From positions 62,001 through 126,000 of the forward strand of contig JAQGDQ010000484.1 of NCBI GenBank assembly GCA_030141605.1: DNA of 64,000 nt. The letters are read 5' to 3'. Below the pieces are notes generated by a model. The model saw nothing but the letters and a program-made list of their open reading frames with translations. It made no database searches and was not told where the DNA came from. Below, in pieces: positions 13,435 through 28,532 of this stretch (position 1 is the first letter of the stretch; each line of letters begins with the position of its first letter). The position numbers were made by a program, and so were the translations under genes. The stretch is from Tubiluchus corallicola (lineage: Eukaryota > Animalia > Priapulida).

Positions 13435-13932
13435 GCTTATGGCCATATCATAACCAGGCAACGTAGAGCCTGGTTAGTACTTGGGTGGGTGACCGCCTAG
13501 GAATACCAGGTGCTGTAGGCTTGCGGGATGCCCACACTGTATAGCGACATTAGGCGGAGGAGCTGCACAAGTAGCCAATGGCTAGAGGGCGCAGGAGATC
13601 AAATGACCCAACGGCCATGTGTAGAGGAGTAAACCTTCCAAATCAGACCAGTGCAGCACTTACTGACTCCTGCAGCCAACCTGGTGCCAAACGTATTGCT
13701 CTACTTTCCTTTGGACTACACCGGGGAGGAAGAGAGGGGGTTCCTGTTATCTGGGCAACTCAGATCTCCATACACCTTGCCCAGGCGTGTGCCCTGGAGA
13801 GGCCACTCCAGTGGTTCAAGGATCGAATTGCTCAGCTAAGGTCGATGCTGCAGCTCCATCAATGTGATCAATAACTGACTCTCTTGACGCACACTCCATT
13901 GTCTTCCGAGACAGAAGGATGCCAACAACAAC
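13435..13932 (+). mobile_element. 5S rRNA-headed (SINE3-like) retroposon with RTE-derived body and tail
   Basis: 13435-13522 matches the 5S rRNA 5' end (tggccatatca) and 3' half (gcctggttagtacttgggtgggtgaccgcctaggaataccaggtgctgtaggctt) with an internal deletion. Body shared with 244-532 and 16921-17346; (CAA)n tail; ttgctta duplicated at both ends. Confidence 0.85.
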
Positions 13933-14559
13933 TTTGCTTAATGGTTAATCCAACCCTGGCGACACAGGTAACGTGTGAACAAAGCAGAACAATGTTAGTA
14001 TTAGTCGCATACCGTGTGTAGCGACATCTAATGAGAAGAAAATGAAGCACTTACTTAAGCTGGTGCTCATTTAGGCACTTTCTAAAGGTACACATGAGCC
14101 GAGAAATGTACTTGCTTTAAAGAGGCTTCAGAATTTAAAATGAGACCGATAGTACTTCATTTATTTGTTATTTTGTGCAAGTTTCATGGCAAATCAGCCA
14201 TATTGGAGCAGAAAGGGAAGACCGGGTACGTTGGTACATTTCTTTCTTATAAGTATATCTACATGTAACTTAATTACAGAATCAGAGAATTGACAATTAA
14301 GTACAAAAATGGCAAGAATCAATCTCTGTTTGAAATTTACTATTATAACCAATAACGGGTGAACGTACCACGTATATATATATATAATCTTTATTTGCCA
14401 TTAAAATACATTGATAATCACTGATAAAAACTTTACAGAGATGATGAATCAGTGTTAGTTAATAAAAACTTACACTGCTAAAGGCAAATGCGTCAGTGCA
14501 ATCTAAACTACTGTGCAGTAATGGAAAGTAACGACGAATAAAATCAAACATATTTACAA

Positions 14560-14840
14560 CTATGCACAAAAAATTAAAAAAATTATGATTTAATTAATAT
14601 GGCCGTGGATATATAAATTCTGAATTAGTGTGTATGTTGTCGTACTGGTGAGATGGTATTTCATATGTGGTTAATATTAGTGATTTTAATTTCGTTTAAA
14701 TGCTGATAGGGACTTGATTTGTTTAACCTGTAATGGTAGAGAATTCCAAAGTAGAATTGCTTGTTTGATTACAGAGTTCGTTCCGTAGTGGGTATTTGTC
14801 CTAATCTGTTTTAGATTGCTTGTTTTGGAATGATCACTTC
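14560..14840 (-). mobile_element. LINE (CR1/L2-like) 3' fragment
   Basis: Minus-strand translation RTNTHYGTNSVIKQAILLWNSLPLQVKQIKSLSAFKRN (WNxLP...FK motif). Confidence 0.6.
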
Positions 14841-15689
14841 TTAGACGTGATCATCATAAACAGCATTTGAACCTCACTTATTGTGGTAACTGCAACAACA
14901 ATCATTGACAACATCACTAACATATACCACCAGCATCACCACCACTGCCACTGCCTTCGGCACTAGCAATATGTACAGCGATTAGTATCTGTATTCATCA
15001 TTTTTATAATATAATATAATGTTTAATTCATGAGTTCTTTAGATGACCAGATATATTGGGGATTCTTAGTTTTATAATTTAATTTACCTTTCATAATTAA
15101 TTTTTATGAGAAAAACAAAATACGTAATTAAATTTCGTTTAAAATAATCATTTTTAGTTCAGCAAAAACGTTCTTGGAGTGCTGCAGTTTGGTATGAATT
15201 TTAGGAACTAATTATATTCTGTAAAATTTAAAGACAAAAATAAAATACGTAATTATATTTCGTTTAAAATAATCATTTTCAGTTCAGCTTTCCTTGGAGA
15301 GCTGCAGTTTGGTGTGGATTTTAAGAACTAATCATATTCAGCAAAATTTAAAGACAAAAACAGCTTTTGGTTTGAGCGCCAGTTACTTTGTAAAGAAGTA
15401 ATGCGCCGTTTAATTTTCACCTAACACACCACAAGTAGTTATCTCGCTCATTGCTTTATAAGGCCTGGCGTTTCTCTGCACATTGGATTATCCTTGATAA
15501 TGAGCTGTTTTTGGCAACCATTTGTCTGTGACATGGTGGTTATTAGAAATAAAAAGTAAATAGTTGAAAGTTGTGTAGGAAGTTCTACCACTTTGAATTT
15601 GCGCCAGCGGGTAATAAAAAATAACACAAACAAAAACTTAAATGAGATTTAAGCTCTTATTTCACACTTCAAACAAGAGCTCAAATATC

Positions 15690-16290
15690 ATTTTTCGTTG
15701 CGTAAGACACATTTTTCATTTGGTAAGCCTCCAATTTCAGTGCATCATACGTGCATGAGAATCGGATTTTTCTCTAAAGGCTGTAAAGATAATAACGATC
15801 ATCCCGTATTGCTGAATTGTAACTGTGGATTTCGATTTGAGTCTGTTGAACACTTTGTTGCACTGCCCATTGTATCAACTAGGATTGTTATGTTTGATAA
15901 ATTAAATGAAATACTTCTGCCCGAAAACAGCTACCTTAAGAACTAATGATCTGTTGAAGTTGTTATTTTTCGGAAAAGATGAATTTAACTATGTTGCTAA
16001 CTGTAAAATATTCCAATGCATACATGACTTTATATTACGTACTAAACGCTTCCAGTAGTTTCTATCTGATATGAAATGCATCAGTCTTAAATATTCGTAC
16101 ATTAATATTTTCTAACCGTCATTTTCTACTAATGTCTAATGTAATCTTGTAGTAAAACTTGTCAGCTTGTGTAGGTATAGTCCATTCTTACTGTAAATGT
16201 GTAAAGTCTTTTGTAAATAGTGTATAAAGTCTGTTGTGGTGAGGATTCTAAATCATGTTGATCAAACTGTCTGATCCAATCCTATAAAAA
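15690..16290 (+). mobile_element. LINE 3' end (CR1-like), family E
   Basis: CNCG..ESVEHF knuckle and ...IHDFILRTKRFQ* terminus; 3' UTR nearly identical to 37256-37530 and 62415-62725. Confidence 0.75.
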
Positions 16291-16920
16291 ATTATGTTTA
16301 AACTAATAACACACTGGCATTTCATCTCAATGTTCAATATTTCAAATGGATTGTGAAAGTCACACAAACTTATTAGGTTAAAGTTTACAATTCCTTACAC
16401 ACAAAAAGTTAGCTCGTTAAGTCGCTTAAGGTTAGAGTTAAAATTAGGGCGTTTATTGTGAACTCCTTCCACTTATAATAATTGCTACTTTTAGAGGAAA
16501 ATTGAAAAATGTGTAACAGTGGCTACAGCTGCATCAATTAGAAGACAAGCATAATGTACTTTCTACTTAGACTAAGTAGATATATCACCTTATTCGATGC
16601 GATCCCAACAATTCTGCAATCATTTGTTAGTAGAAAAGTAATAAAATGTTTTTTATTGTCAATATATTTCAAAGATAACATTTGCCGAAGGTCATTTTCA
16701 GACAAATAAGAAGAAATTAAAAATTCTTCAATGCACACAAAGGTATGATCAGAATGCAATGCTATACTTATTATTCATGATTATAATTTCAATTATTTGT
16801 TTTAATTTTAGTTTGTTCGAAGCACTTGTGATGCTGCTAGGTTTGTTACTATGTAATCTGAATCAGAGAAGTGAGAATTAAACGAAGTTCAAATGCAAAA
16901 GTCTCCGTCTGAACTTATTA

Positions 16921-17346
16921 TTGTTGGCATCCTTCTGTTTCGGAAGACAAAGGAGTGTGCGCCAAGAGAGTCAGTTATTGATCACATTGATGGAGCTGCA
17001 GCGTCGACTGTGGCTGAGCAGTGCGATCCTTGAACGTCTCCAGGGTGCACGCCTGGGCAATGTGTATGGAGATCCTGAGTTGCCCTGACAACAGGAACCC
17101 CCTCTCTTCCTCCCTGGTGTAGTCCAAAGGAAAGCGGAGCGATACGTTTGGCACCAGGTTGGCTGCAGGAGCTGCCGGAGTCAGTGAGCATGCTGCACTG
17201 GTCCGCCTTCGGAGCTCCACTCCTGATTTGGAAGGTTTACTCCTCTACACATGGCCGTTGATTCACTTGACCTCCTCCACCCTCTAGCCGTTGGCTGCTT
17301 ATGCAGCTCCTCCGCCTAGTGTCGAGATACAGTGTGGCCATCCCGC
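16921..17346 (-). mobile_element. Non-autonomous RTE-derived retroposon (headless copy)
   Basis: Reverse complement of the body of 13523-13932; imperfect TSD ctgaacttatta / ctgaattaatta. Confidence 0.85.
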
Positions 17347-18362
17347 CTGAATTAATTATATAAGTATTATAATATAAATAAATATAATTAAATAATATAA
17401 TTTATTATATAATAATAACTTCTGTCTGAAATTATTTTTTATAATCAATGACACATCAACAATATCATTAACTGCTCTTATTGTAGCAACAGGAAGAATA
17501 ATCATTGACAACATCACTAACATCTACCACCACCACCGCCATTGCTGTCACCACTGCCACCACCACCAACAGCAGGAGCACAGGAGCATGCGCTGCTATT
17601 TATATTGCATCATACTTATTAGTAATACTATTTATTCAGGTACAACAACAAAATTATGTACAACGATTAGTATCTTTATCCATTTTATGTCTATTTCTAA
17701 GATATAATATTATTGCAATTCAATTTCAATATTTATTTCACTTCAGCGGCATTATGATATTACTCAGCAAAAATTTTACGAACATATACGTTATTGCATA
17801 ATTATAGTACAAACTGTTTAACAGATAAATTCAACACTAAGATGTATAATGAATTGTTTAATAGGTTGAGTTTTTGAAGTGGCCAGATATTGTGTGAATT
17901 CTCAGTTTTATATCCTAATATATTTTATAATAAATTGTTATGAGAAAAACCAAAAAGACAGAAACAGTGTCTACCATGAGCGTTAAACTAAAAACAACTA
18001 TTATTCTTGTGGAAATAATGCGCCGTTAGCATTCGAAACTAGCACACCACAAGTAGTTATGTTATTAGCAGCTTTATAAGGCCTGGCGTTTCTTTGCAAA
18101 CTGGATTATCCTTGATAATGAGCAGTTTTTTGCAACCACTTGCCTGTGGCATGGTGTTTATTAGAAATTAAAAAATATCTTAATTCTATTTTAGTTGTAG
18201 AAGGTTTTGCACTTTGAGTAGGTGTGTAATAAAAATTAAGCATTTCACTCGAGTGTTCCTCGAATAGACAGAAAATTTCAAAAGAACTGGTAGGGTTAGA
18301 TGTGCATCTGTAAGAAGTCAAGCACAATGTCTTCAAGTCAGCGAAGAAGATATGACTATATT

Positions 18363-18765
18363 CAAGGCCAGTTTATGACCTTTTGGGGTCCCTAGGGTAA
18401 TGGAATTACGGACCAGATGGAGCCACTATCTAATTTGTTTGCACTCGTCTCGAATATTTTTGTTTGTGATATATTTCAACAATATTTGCATAGTTGGGGA
18501 CCCGTAATTATGTCAAATAAAGGGCTTCAAAGAGGAGGCTTTATCTCAAATAAAAGGCCTTAACTTTGATCCTCCTCCTCATCCTTTATCTCAAACGAAG
18601 AGCCAATTTAAAATTGGATTTCAAACTTTCTGGCCTCCCTTTTTTAAAGTTGAAATTTTATTTTAAGTTATGTGAATTACTCAGCAATGCAAAGTACGGG
18701 CCCCTTCCAAGTTTGAGGTGCCGTAGGCTGCAGCCTGTACCAGCTTATAGGGTAACTCAGCCCTG
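18363..18765. mobile_element. hAT-type MITE
   Basis: Termini CAAGGCC... / ...AGCCCTG; 8-bp flanks actatatt / actgtatt. Confidence 0.6.
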
Positions 18766-19066
18766 ACTGTATTTGATGCAATCCCAATAACTCTGCAACC
18801 ATTTGTCAAAATTCATTTCCATTTTATTTGTTTTATTGAGTAAGGGCACAAACAAACAACATAACGCCTTGAGTTTTTTCTTAATGGTTGCTTATAACTG
18901 GCTAATGGAAATAAAACATTTGAATGAAATTCAACAGGAAATAAAACATTCGAATGAATATCTTCTTTATCGTTAAAATAGCGAGAGTAATAGCAGAAAT
19001 ATCACCATCTGCCACTGTCATCATCACCAGTGCAGCAGCAGCAACAACAACATTATAAGTTGCATA

Positions 19067-19560
19067 CAGTGTTCCCTCATTTATCGCGGATGTTCCATTT
19101 CAGGGCAATGTCCACGAATTAGGGATGCTATACTTATTTTAGTATTTTTACATTATTTTAAGTCTTTATAAACTCTCCCCACACTCTTATACATAACTCT
19201 CCCATTCCCTAAACAACTTTTTCCCATACTGTGCATGCACCTTTTAGAAAGCTTTCCATCAATCAACCAATCGTGTGTTGTGTACAATCTCACGTCGGTT
19301 AGTGGCATTTCAGGCGGGCACAAGTACTACATTTCGTTTTTGGTGTGTATTCATCCGCCGAATAAATACACTATTTACTAAAAATGGTAATTTTTTATGA
19401 TATACAATATTCTTTTAATGTTAGAATTAATATTTTTAATATATTTACAGTACATTACTGTACAATACGTACTACGCATGTGCAAAATACTTTAGACAGA
19501 GTATCGCAGAAACAGCGAAAATACCGCGATAAACGAACCGCGAAGTAGCGAGGGAAACTG
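19067..19560. mobile_element. Tc1/mariner (Tigger/pogo-like) MITE
   Basis: TA|CAGTGTTCCCTC..TCGCGG ... CCGCGA..GAGGGAAACTG|TA. Confidence 0.8.
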
Positions 19561-20399
19561 TATATAGTTTCAGAATCTACAGGCGCAATCTATATAACAC
19601 ATTTGACTTTTCTTAAGTTATTTATTATTTGTTATCTGTTATTTAATTTATTTTAATTTTAAACGTAAAACTGTTGAAAACAAAACGAGGCATTGTGAGA
19701 AATGTTTCATGAAGGATTCAACAGTTTCTTTAGTCTAGGCTTCGTTCTAGCAAAGTAATCATTCCATTGTTACGAAGGTAACATCATTCCAGTAGAGCGA
19801 AGGTAGGACTTTATCTGTTTCAACCATAGATTTACGTTAGTAATATTATTATCTACGGTTTCAATAGACTAAAGATCGTCTAGCTAATTCAATATGTGTA
19901 CAAGTGAACTAAAAATTGTTAATAAAGTACCAATTTTGAAAAATGTGCTAAAGAAAACGGTTGCTCCTCTTGCTGGCCACCGGAATTGGTGCTGACAAGC
20001 CACTGGCATAGAGGAGTCTAGTTTTTTGCTGGATTAACTGCTGTGTTTACCAGTCTTAAGGGCAGATTTCTTTTATTTTAGAGTTCTGTCCGCTCAATGT
20101 TTACAATAGACATAATGGGCATATGATAATGATGATGATGCCAATCAAAAAAACGATAAAAAGACAAGGATCATCGGAACGTTATCTGAAAGTTAGTGCA
20201 CCACAGGCAGTTATTGCACCACGGGCTTCATATAAACTACGGGCAATGTAGCGTCATCATCTCATCTACGGAGCTTGTCGTCTTCGGATGTTGTAAACTC
20301 TCTTCATCGTAGACCATCACGTAGCCTGTATCAGAATTTTTTAAACTGCCTGTCGCCCACGACATGGCAGTTGTAATAATAAAGTTGGCAGTATATTAG

Positions 20400-20800
20400 C
20401 AGAAGAAAACCCTCTATTTACACAAACTGTAAAAACTTCGTCCGCAAATTTTGTATCACCTACGTACTGCCTCTTTGTATACTGGGCTTGCATGGACAGT
20501 AATGCCGTTTGATACATGTAAATTCAAACTTCCGCGATGACCGTTAGACGCGGCCATTTTGACGATAAGTCATTTGAAACAAATTTAGATAACACTGAGT
20601 AAAGTATGAAAAAATAAACAGAGCATTCGTAGCACACAGGCCACTAACCGCGTAAAATCTTAAATCATTGTATCTTGTCAATAAGATTAAAAATACGTGT
20701 TTGGTTAGTGAGTGGCGCACCCTGGAGGTCAATGAACGAGATTTTACCAGTTGGCGAAAACATTTTAAATAACTAATAATTTTCTATTCTAGTTACATAC
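20400..20800 (+). repeat. Dispersed repeat, unclassified
   Basis: Colinear homology to ~29145-29530 (aagaaaaccctc...tgaccgttag...tgtatcttgtcaataagat...ccctggagg). Confidence 0.7.
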
Positions 20801-21058
20801 GTCTGTTACATATGGCAGGCTCCTAATAGCACATGTAACTGCTTATTAAGCCCTCAGTCTGTACATCATTTATTATTTGAATGTACGTTAGTAAACCAAG
20901 CCAAAAGAAATGATTTTATTTATGATTATGTGAATTTACATTAGAATTGGTAATTATGTTTTTTATAATTGTACTCGCTGTGTATAATGTGCGTAGATTT
21001 TTGTTACTAAGTATTAAAATATGTTCGTTATCTTTTATTATGTATGTATGTAGTGTTG

Positions 21059-21066
<8 letters not shown>

Positions 21067-21106
<40 letters not shown>
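21067..21106. repeat. (TA)n microsatellite
   Basis: Direct reading. Confidence 0.95.
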
Positions 21107-21110
<4 letters not shown>

Positions 21111-22090
21111 AATAGGATTAATATGTTGTAAATGCTTCTAGAAATTTTAAACATATCCCTACAAATAGAGGGAATGTATTTTGTACACAGATTTTAAAAA
21201 TAAAGAAATATAATAATAATAACACACACGTCTTTCAAGTAGGTAAGCGAAATGCTGATTATGTTGGCTCTTGGTAATTCATTGCATAACGATAACAGCT
21301 GTAGGTCCTCATAATTCATTAAATATTAATCGAGCTTTCATCTGTCGCATTCAAGAAATTATCGTTATTCATTAACTGCCCACGGAAAGCTATTAATACT
21401 GACAAAATGTCGAGCAACAGATGCATCTGACTGAGCATGACGACGACACAGCTTTTAGTTGAAGATGAACGACATTTTTGAAACAGAATCTGGATAACAG
21501 AAATTCATTTGTCATATTTCTTTTTAACTAAAATTTATTTGTAGCAAGTGGAAAATCGTGTTTACATGTATTTACAAACGATTTATTAGTTCACACAATT
21601 AGCTGTGCTTTACAAAGCTTGTTGCAGCCCAAGTACGTACTTATTTGCTGCGATTTACCTAAAGTTTATTGAAATCTATTGAAGATATAATCACAACAAT
21701 TCAAGGTATGTATATGTTAACAGATTTATTAAATGTGCTGTCTAGTTAGGATAGTAGATGCTTTAAATCTAAATCGTTAAAGTGGTTAGTTTGCAATTTT
21801 ACTCCCCATGCTCTTGTGCTTTGTTAAGGCATTTTTTTATTAACAGAAATAATAGCATAATAGGAAATTATTGGTTTCAAAGTGACATTCACAAATTTCT
21901 ATCTATTGTGAATTTACAGTACTACGTTTTCCTCTCAAATAATCATCCACCCACCGCACATTCACTACTCTTTAAAATAAGAGCTACGTGGAAAGTACCG
22001 AATGTTACTCTCGCATTTGGCGTTGTTATTCTTAGTTCTCTTTCTTTTGCAAATTTTGTATTTAACCATATGTTCAACATAAAAGACATA

Positions 22091-24115
<2,025 letters not shown>

Positions 24116-24886
24116 CTTTCGTGTGCAGTTTAATAAAATATTTGCTCTTTGTAAGTTATCAGTTGTTTGTTCACTATTATAATGATAGTTTGCAGTATTT
24201 CAACACAACATTTTATCACTCTAGAAACATAGAAAGAAATGTTTTTGTTGGCGTTGTTATATGAGTTCACATGAAAATTAAATTAGCTGTTTGAAAGTTT
24301 TTTATAAACTAGAATTTTTTTAACAATTTTAAATAATCGCGCCATTTGGTAAAACGGCCACGCATTGTCATCCTAGTGTGCACTACCGATTCACCAAAAA
24401 AATACTGGTTTGGTTTGAAGAAACCAAAAAACTTGAAATTTAGTTTTAAGATTTTATTCTGAAATGCCTACATAAACAGTGAAGTAGTGTCATGTTGAAA
24501 AGCAGAAAACCAAGTGACCAAAACTACAGGTGAAATCATTTAGATGTGAAAACAGGTTTAGAATTTAGGAATATAAAGACTGTAGAAGCCAATGAAAATT
24601 TAAACAGTAAAGAGAAAGTTTTAACAATTTTAACAAGAACACCTGAAGGTGGCAGCACTATGCAAGCTAAAAAAAGTATGATGACAATACAACATAAATT
24701 TAAATTTAGAGTAATTAAAATGATTTTCTTCTGTCAAAATACATTATTGTTCTTTTAGACAACACAAAGTAATTTAAACTTGAAATTTATTTTTTTTAAA
24801 CTTTACGCAATGTTACCTAAACTTATTTCAAACGGCCTAACGTTAGCATAACGACTGTAACCTATTAATTTTTTTGCAGGAGCAAC

Positions 24887-26014
24887 ATGAAACGTGTTGT
24901 GAAACAACTAAGATGTCTAGCAGTCATACAAACAGTATTATTTGCACTTTACACGTGGCCTCATCTGTTCTCGTCTACTGCTCTTGGCAACGGAAGATAT
25001 TTAATACGTTCACAATTCTATAAATCAGTTCAGTTGACGCACGAGAACAATGGCACGTCACGTGACGTCTGGTGTATGCCAGGTACAGCAGATTCGTACC
25101 GGAATGACACGCTTGTTGACTTGCATCCATTTTCGTTTCTTCTAAATGCAGACGTTTGTCGCGGTGACGACATCTTTTTGCTTGTGACAGTGAATTCCAA
25201 ATGGGACCATTTAGCAGCACGTGCTCGCATCCGACAAACATGGGGTAATACAACTAACCTCTCATACAGGCAGCTTAACATGAGAATCGTCTTTCTTCTG
25301 GGCGCGTATTTTGGACAGCCGAATACGCGAAGGGCAATTCTTCAAGAAAGTGAGAATCATGGAGATATTATTCAGGGTAATTTTAAGGACAGCTATCACA
25401 ATTTAACTTATAAAACATTAATGGGGTTTAAATGGGCCCACTTGTGGTGCAGACAAGCACAGTTTATACTAAAAACGGATGACGATATGTTTATTGATAT
25501 CTTCCGTCTTACAGAGTTGTTATTGTCAGTGCTTACATTTAAACCCGACCTTATGTGTTCAGGAACATTTAACATGCCAGTGATAAAGAATGAGAAGAGC
25601 AAGTGGTTCGTAAAACCGAGCGAGAGCAACGCGTCTGTTTATACGCCATATTGTCCTGGGTACGGATTCGTTCTGACTCCCAGAACGGCTTGTATTATAG
25701 AAAGCACTGCTCAGAAGGCGAGATTTTTCTGGGTGGACGATTTTTTTGTCTCTGGTTTGTTAGCTGACAAAAGTGGAATACACCGCACTTATCGTTCCGA
25801 ATTTGCTCTTAGCGCTCTTAATTTTCGAACAGTTAACAACATCAGTAAGTGGCCAAAGGATTCAAACAACACTAATCCACTCCCCTACATATTTTACGAA
25901 TTACGAAGAAACAGCTTCGTTTTGAAAGTGTGGAATAAAACGCTTCGTATTCATCAGGAATTCGTGAAAAGTGGAAAATATAAGAAAATGCCCGTATTTA
26001 AAAACGAATGGTAG
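24887..26014 (+). CDS. Beta-1,3-galactosyltransferase-like protein (GT31 family), 375 aa, single coding exon
   Basis: Type II membrane N-terminus; motifs RARIRQTWG, VFLLG, ESENHGDIIQGNFKDSYHNLTYKT, LKTDDDMF, YCPGYGFVL and VDDFFVSG; acceptor tttttgCAG 7 nt upstream of ATG. Confidence 0.95.
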   Translation: MKRVVKQLRCLAVIQTVLFALYTWPHLFSSTALGNGRYLIRSQFYKSVQLTHENNGTSRDVWCMPGTADSYRNDTLVDLHPFSFLLNADVCRGDDIFLLVTVNSKWDHLAARARIRQTWGNTTNLSYRQLNMRIVFLLGAYFGQPNTRRAILQESENHGDIIQGNFKDSYHNLTYKTLMGFKWAHLWCRQAQFILKTDDDMFIDIFRLTELLLSVLTFKPDLMCSGTFNMPVIKNEKSKWFVKPSESNASVYTPYCPGYGFVLTPRTACIIESTAQKARFFWVDDFFVSGLLADKSGIHRTYRSEFALSALNFRTVNNISKWPKDSNNTNPLPYIFYELRRNSFVLKVWNKTLRIHQEFVKSGKYKKMPVFKNEW

Positions 26015-26061
26015 TGAGGTCTGAATGCTCTTGTGTTGATAATTGTATTATCACTATATAC

Positions 26062-26486
26062 TAGGGGTGAGCATCGAACGTTCGCGTTCGAACGTTCGAA
26101 TTGAATTCGAACGCTTGATCGATTCGAACGAATTTTTTAGTTCGAACTCTATTCGAATCCAAAACTATAGATTCGAATAATTCAGCACTTCAATCACATA
26201 TGCTCTTTATCATTAAAACGATTGAAACGTCATGCTATTAGCGTAATTTAACTGTGATTTCTGCGCACAACTTTAAACAACTTACTAGTCGTTTTATTGC
26301 AGAACAAATTCTAGTGATATGCATGATCTTTATAAGACTCATTTTTGCTGGTGGTTCGAAAATCTTTCGATCTCAATGCGAATTCGGTTCGAATTCGAAA
26401 CACTGAATTTCTGTTCGATTCGAATTCGAAAGTCACAAATTCGGTTCGAATCGAATTCTGTATCTGGTAGAGAATGCTCACCCCTA
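26062..26486. mobile_element. hAT-type MITE, family B (TTCGAA-rich)
   Basis: 13-bp TIR TAGGGGTGAGCAT / ATGCTCACCCCTA; flanks ctatatac / ctacacac. Confidence 0.88.
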
Positions 26487-26494
26487 CTACACAC

Positions 26495-27018
26495 CCCCGG
26501 TTCTCAACCTTTTGGACTCCACGTAGCCCTAATTTTTTTACACTATCTCCTGGTACCCCTTCGCCTGCCATAAGCAAAATGAAGAACCAATGCTGATGCA
26601 GCGTCATGAATATTTTTATTATATGCATTATACGTTTTGCTACAATCAGGCCACACTAAATGAGAGTTAAATGAGATGACTGCTGTTGCACAGCACATAG
26701 CAGAAAAAAACTTTTTGAATCGCTGTTCAGGTCTCCGCGGATGTCAAGCCAGGTTCGGACTTTTGTCCTGATTTTCACCACCGTTGAAAAGCCTGTTTCA
26801 CGCAGGAAAAAGTTCACCGAAAGCTTTACAGTGGACAGTGGTCAAGACCTCGATCAAAAAGCTATGAACTGTTGGCACAGTCGACAGATTTCTGAATCAC
26901 CCGCTGATTATTATATAACACCACTTTTTTAAATTGTCTAAGAGGCTTCTCAGGTACCCCTTGTGGTGTTTGCTGATCTCCCAAGGGATACTAGAGTACA
27001 CCAGGTTGGGAACCAAAG
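26495..27018. mobile_element. Probable hAT (Charlie/MER5-like) MITE
   Basis: Ends ggttctcaacct... / ...aggttgggaacc; TSD unclear. Confidence 0.5.
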
Positions 27019-27607
27019 CACTATATGGAAAGTGTACACGTCACGAACTGGATTTTCTTAATTTCTTTAACAATAATAGTATTAAAAAATAATGCTGATG
27101 ATTATAAAATAATAATAATAATGACAGTAATAATAATAATAATAAAAAACGCTTTATTTCACAAAGTTAGCTATTTCATAATTAGCTAGTTAACAATAGC
27201 TACGTAGTTACTAGGTAATAGTGATACTAATACACCACAAGCAATTGTGTTCGTCATATAAATAACCGACAGACCAAAATAGAAGTGGATGGGACTGAAC
27301 TATAGGCTCTGGGCTTCGTAATATCTTGAAACGCCTCTGTTGGAAGCCCTTGAGGTTGGGCACTAAAAAGTGGCTATTCAGGAAACTCTCAGCAATTCCA
27401 TCAACTTGATTCTTATTGTACGTCGATTAAGCGTGAAAAGTTTCTTCAAATGAACCGAAAATTAAACACCGAAATTGTTTATTTTTAGTAACCACAATGT
27501 CTCTGACAAGTGGTTGAAAAAATTCTTGAATAAAATAAATCCACTTGGTCCATTGCGGCAAGTAGGACGTATGATTCATTGAAGAAGATGGTGATCATAA
27601 GTTAAAC

Positions 27608-27776
27608 ACACAATCTTTATAAAGGTGACCGGGCTGCAACTACTTGTGGTGCACTAAGTAATTCACACGACCCTTATAAAAGTGACTGGGTACAACTACT
27701 TGTGGTGCACTGGGTAATTCACACAACCCTTATAAAAGTGACTGGGCTGCAACTACTTGTGGTGCACTAGGTAATT
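27608..27776. repeat. ~57-bp tandem repeat, 3 copies
   Basis: Unit ccttataaaagtgactgggctgcaactacttgtggtgcactaggtaattcacacaac. Confidence 0.9.
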
Positions 27777-28532
27777 TTATGCGAATGCAATGTTTTTTAA
27801 ACTGCATAACAATCATTTGTGCTTTAAAGGTAAAATCTGTTGTTTTTTTGTCCACCCACGCTCTCGTGCGTGTGGCGTGCTGCTGCTGTGGGTTCGACAC
27901 CCACTCTACGCGTGTATCATCCGTAAATCTTAGTTGGCAGATGATTTATTTCTTTTTATATAAGTCTTTATGTATTAATTTAAATCTAAAATAAAATAAA
28001 TAACAATAATAAATATAAGTTTATTTATCATCGTTACAACCAAAATGTTGAATTATAGTACAACATAAAATTACAAAATATAAGAATCTTTTATAAGAAT
28101 AATGAAGGTAGAACGTACAGCGATAAGCATTATATGTTACAAGATACATGAACGAAATAAATTAAAGTGAGTCAAAACTTAAGTTTGGAAGCCATAGAAA
28201 CCTGTTCTTGAATTTCTCTGTTCTGCATGTAGGTAAGGGGGGGGGGTATTTCAAATGGTGACGAGTGCTGCACATCTATGAGATGGGCCATCTGACTATA
28301 GAGTGAGGATTTTATTATTAGGATTTTGAATTGATGAGAACAACTTTTTGCACGAATCTTCGCGACGGTTAAATAAAGGTTGAAGATTAGCCAAAATTAG
28401 AGCATTTACATAGTTTTCATTTGGAAAAATGATTTTCAATGAGCGATTTTGAACAGTTGTTAACAAATCAGAGAGATTTTAGGAGAGATGAGTGTCATAC
28501 CTGACAAGTGATTAACCAACTGACCTAATCAC

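Noticed and set aside
13435-13522. Functional 5S rRNA gene
   Set aside because: About 30 nt internal deletion affecting box A, no T-run terminator, and fused to a retroposon body.
26070-26170. Heat-shock element cluster in MITE B
   Set aside because: GAA/TTC units are mostly adjacent (TTCGAA) rather than in three-pentamer nGAAn spacing; more likely transposase-binding subterminal repeats.
27860-27915. tRNA gene (GGTTCGACACCC B-box-like motif)
   Set aside because: No cloverleaf or convincing A box; at most a SINE-head remnant.
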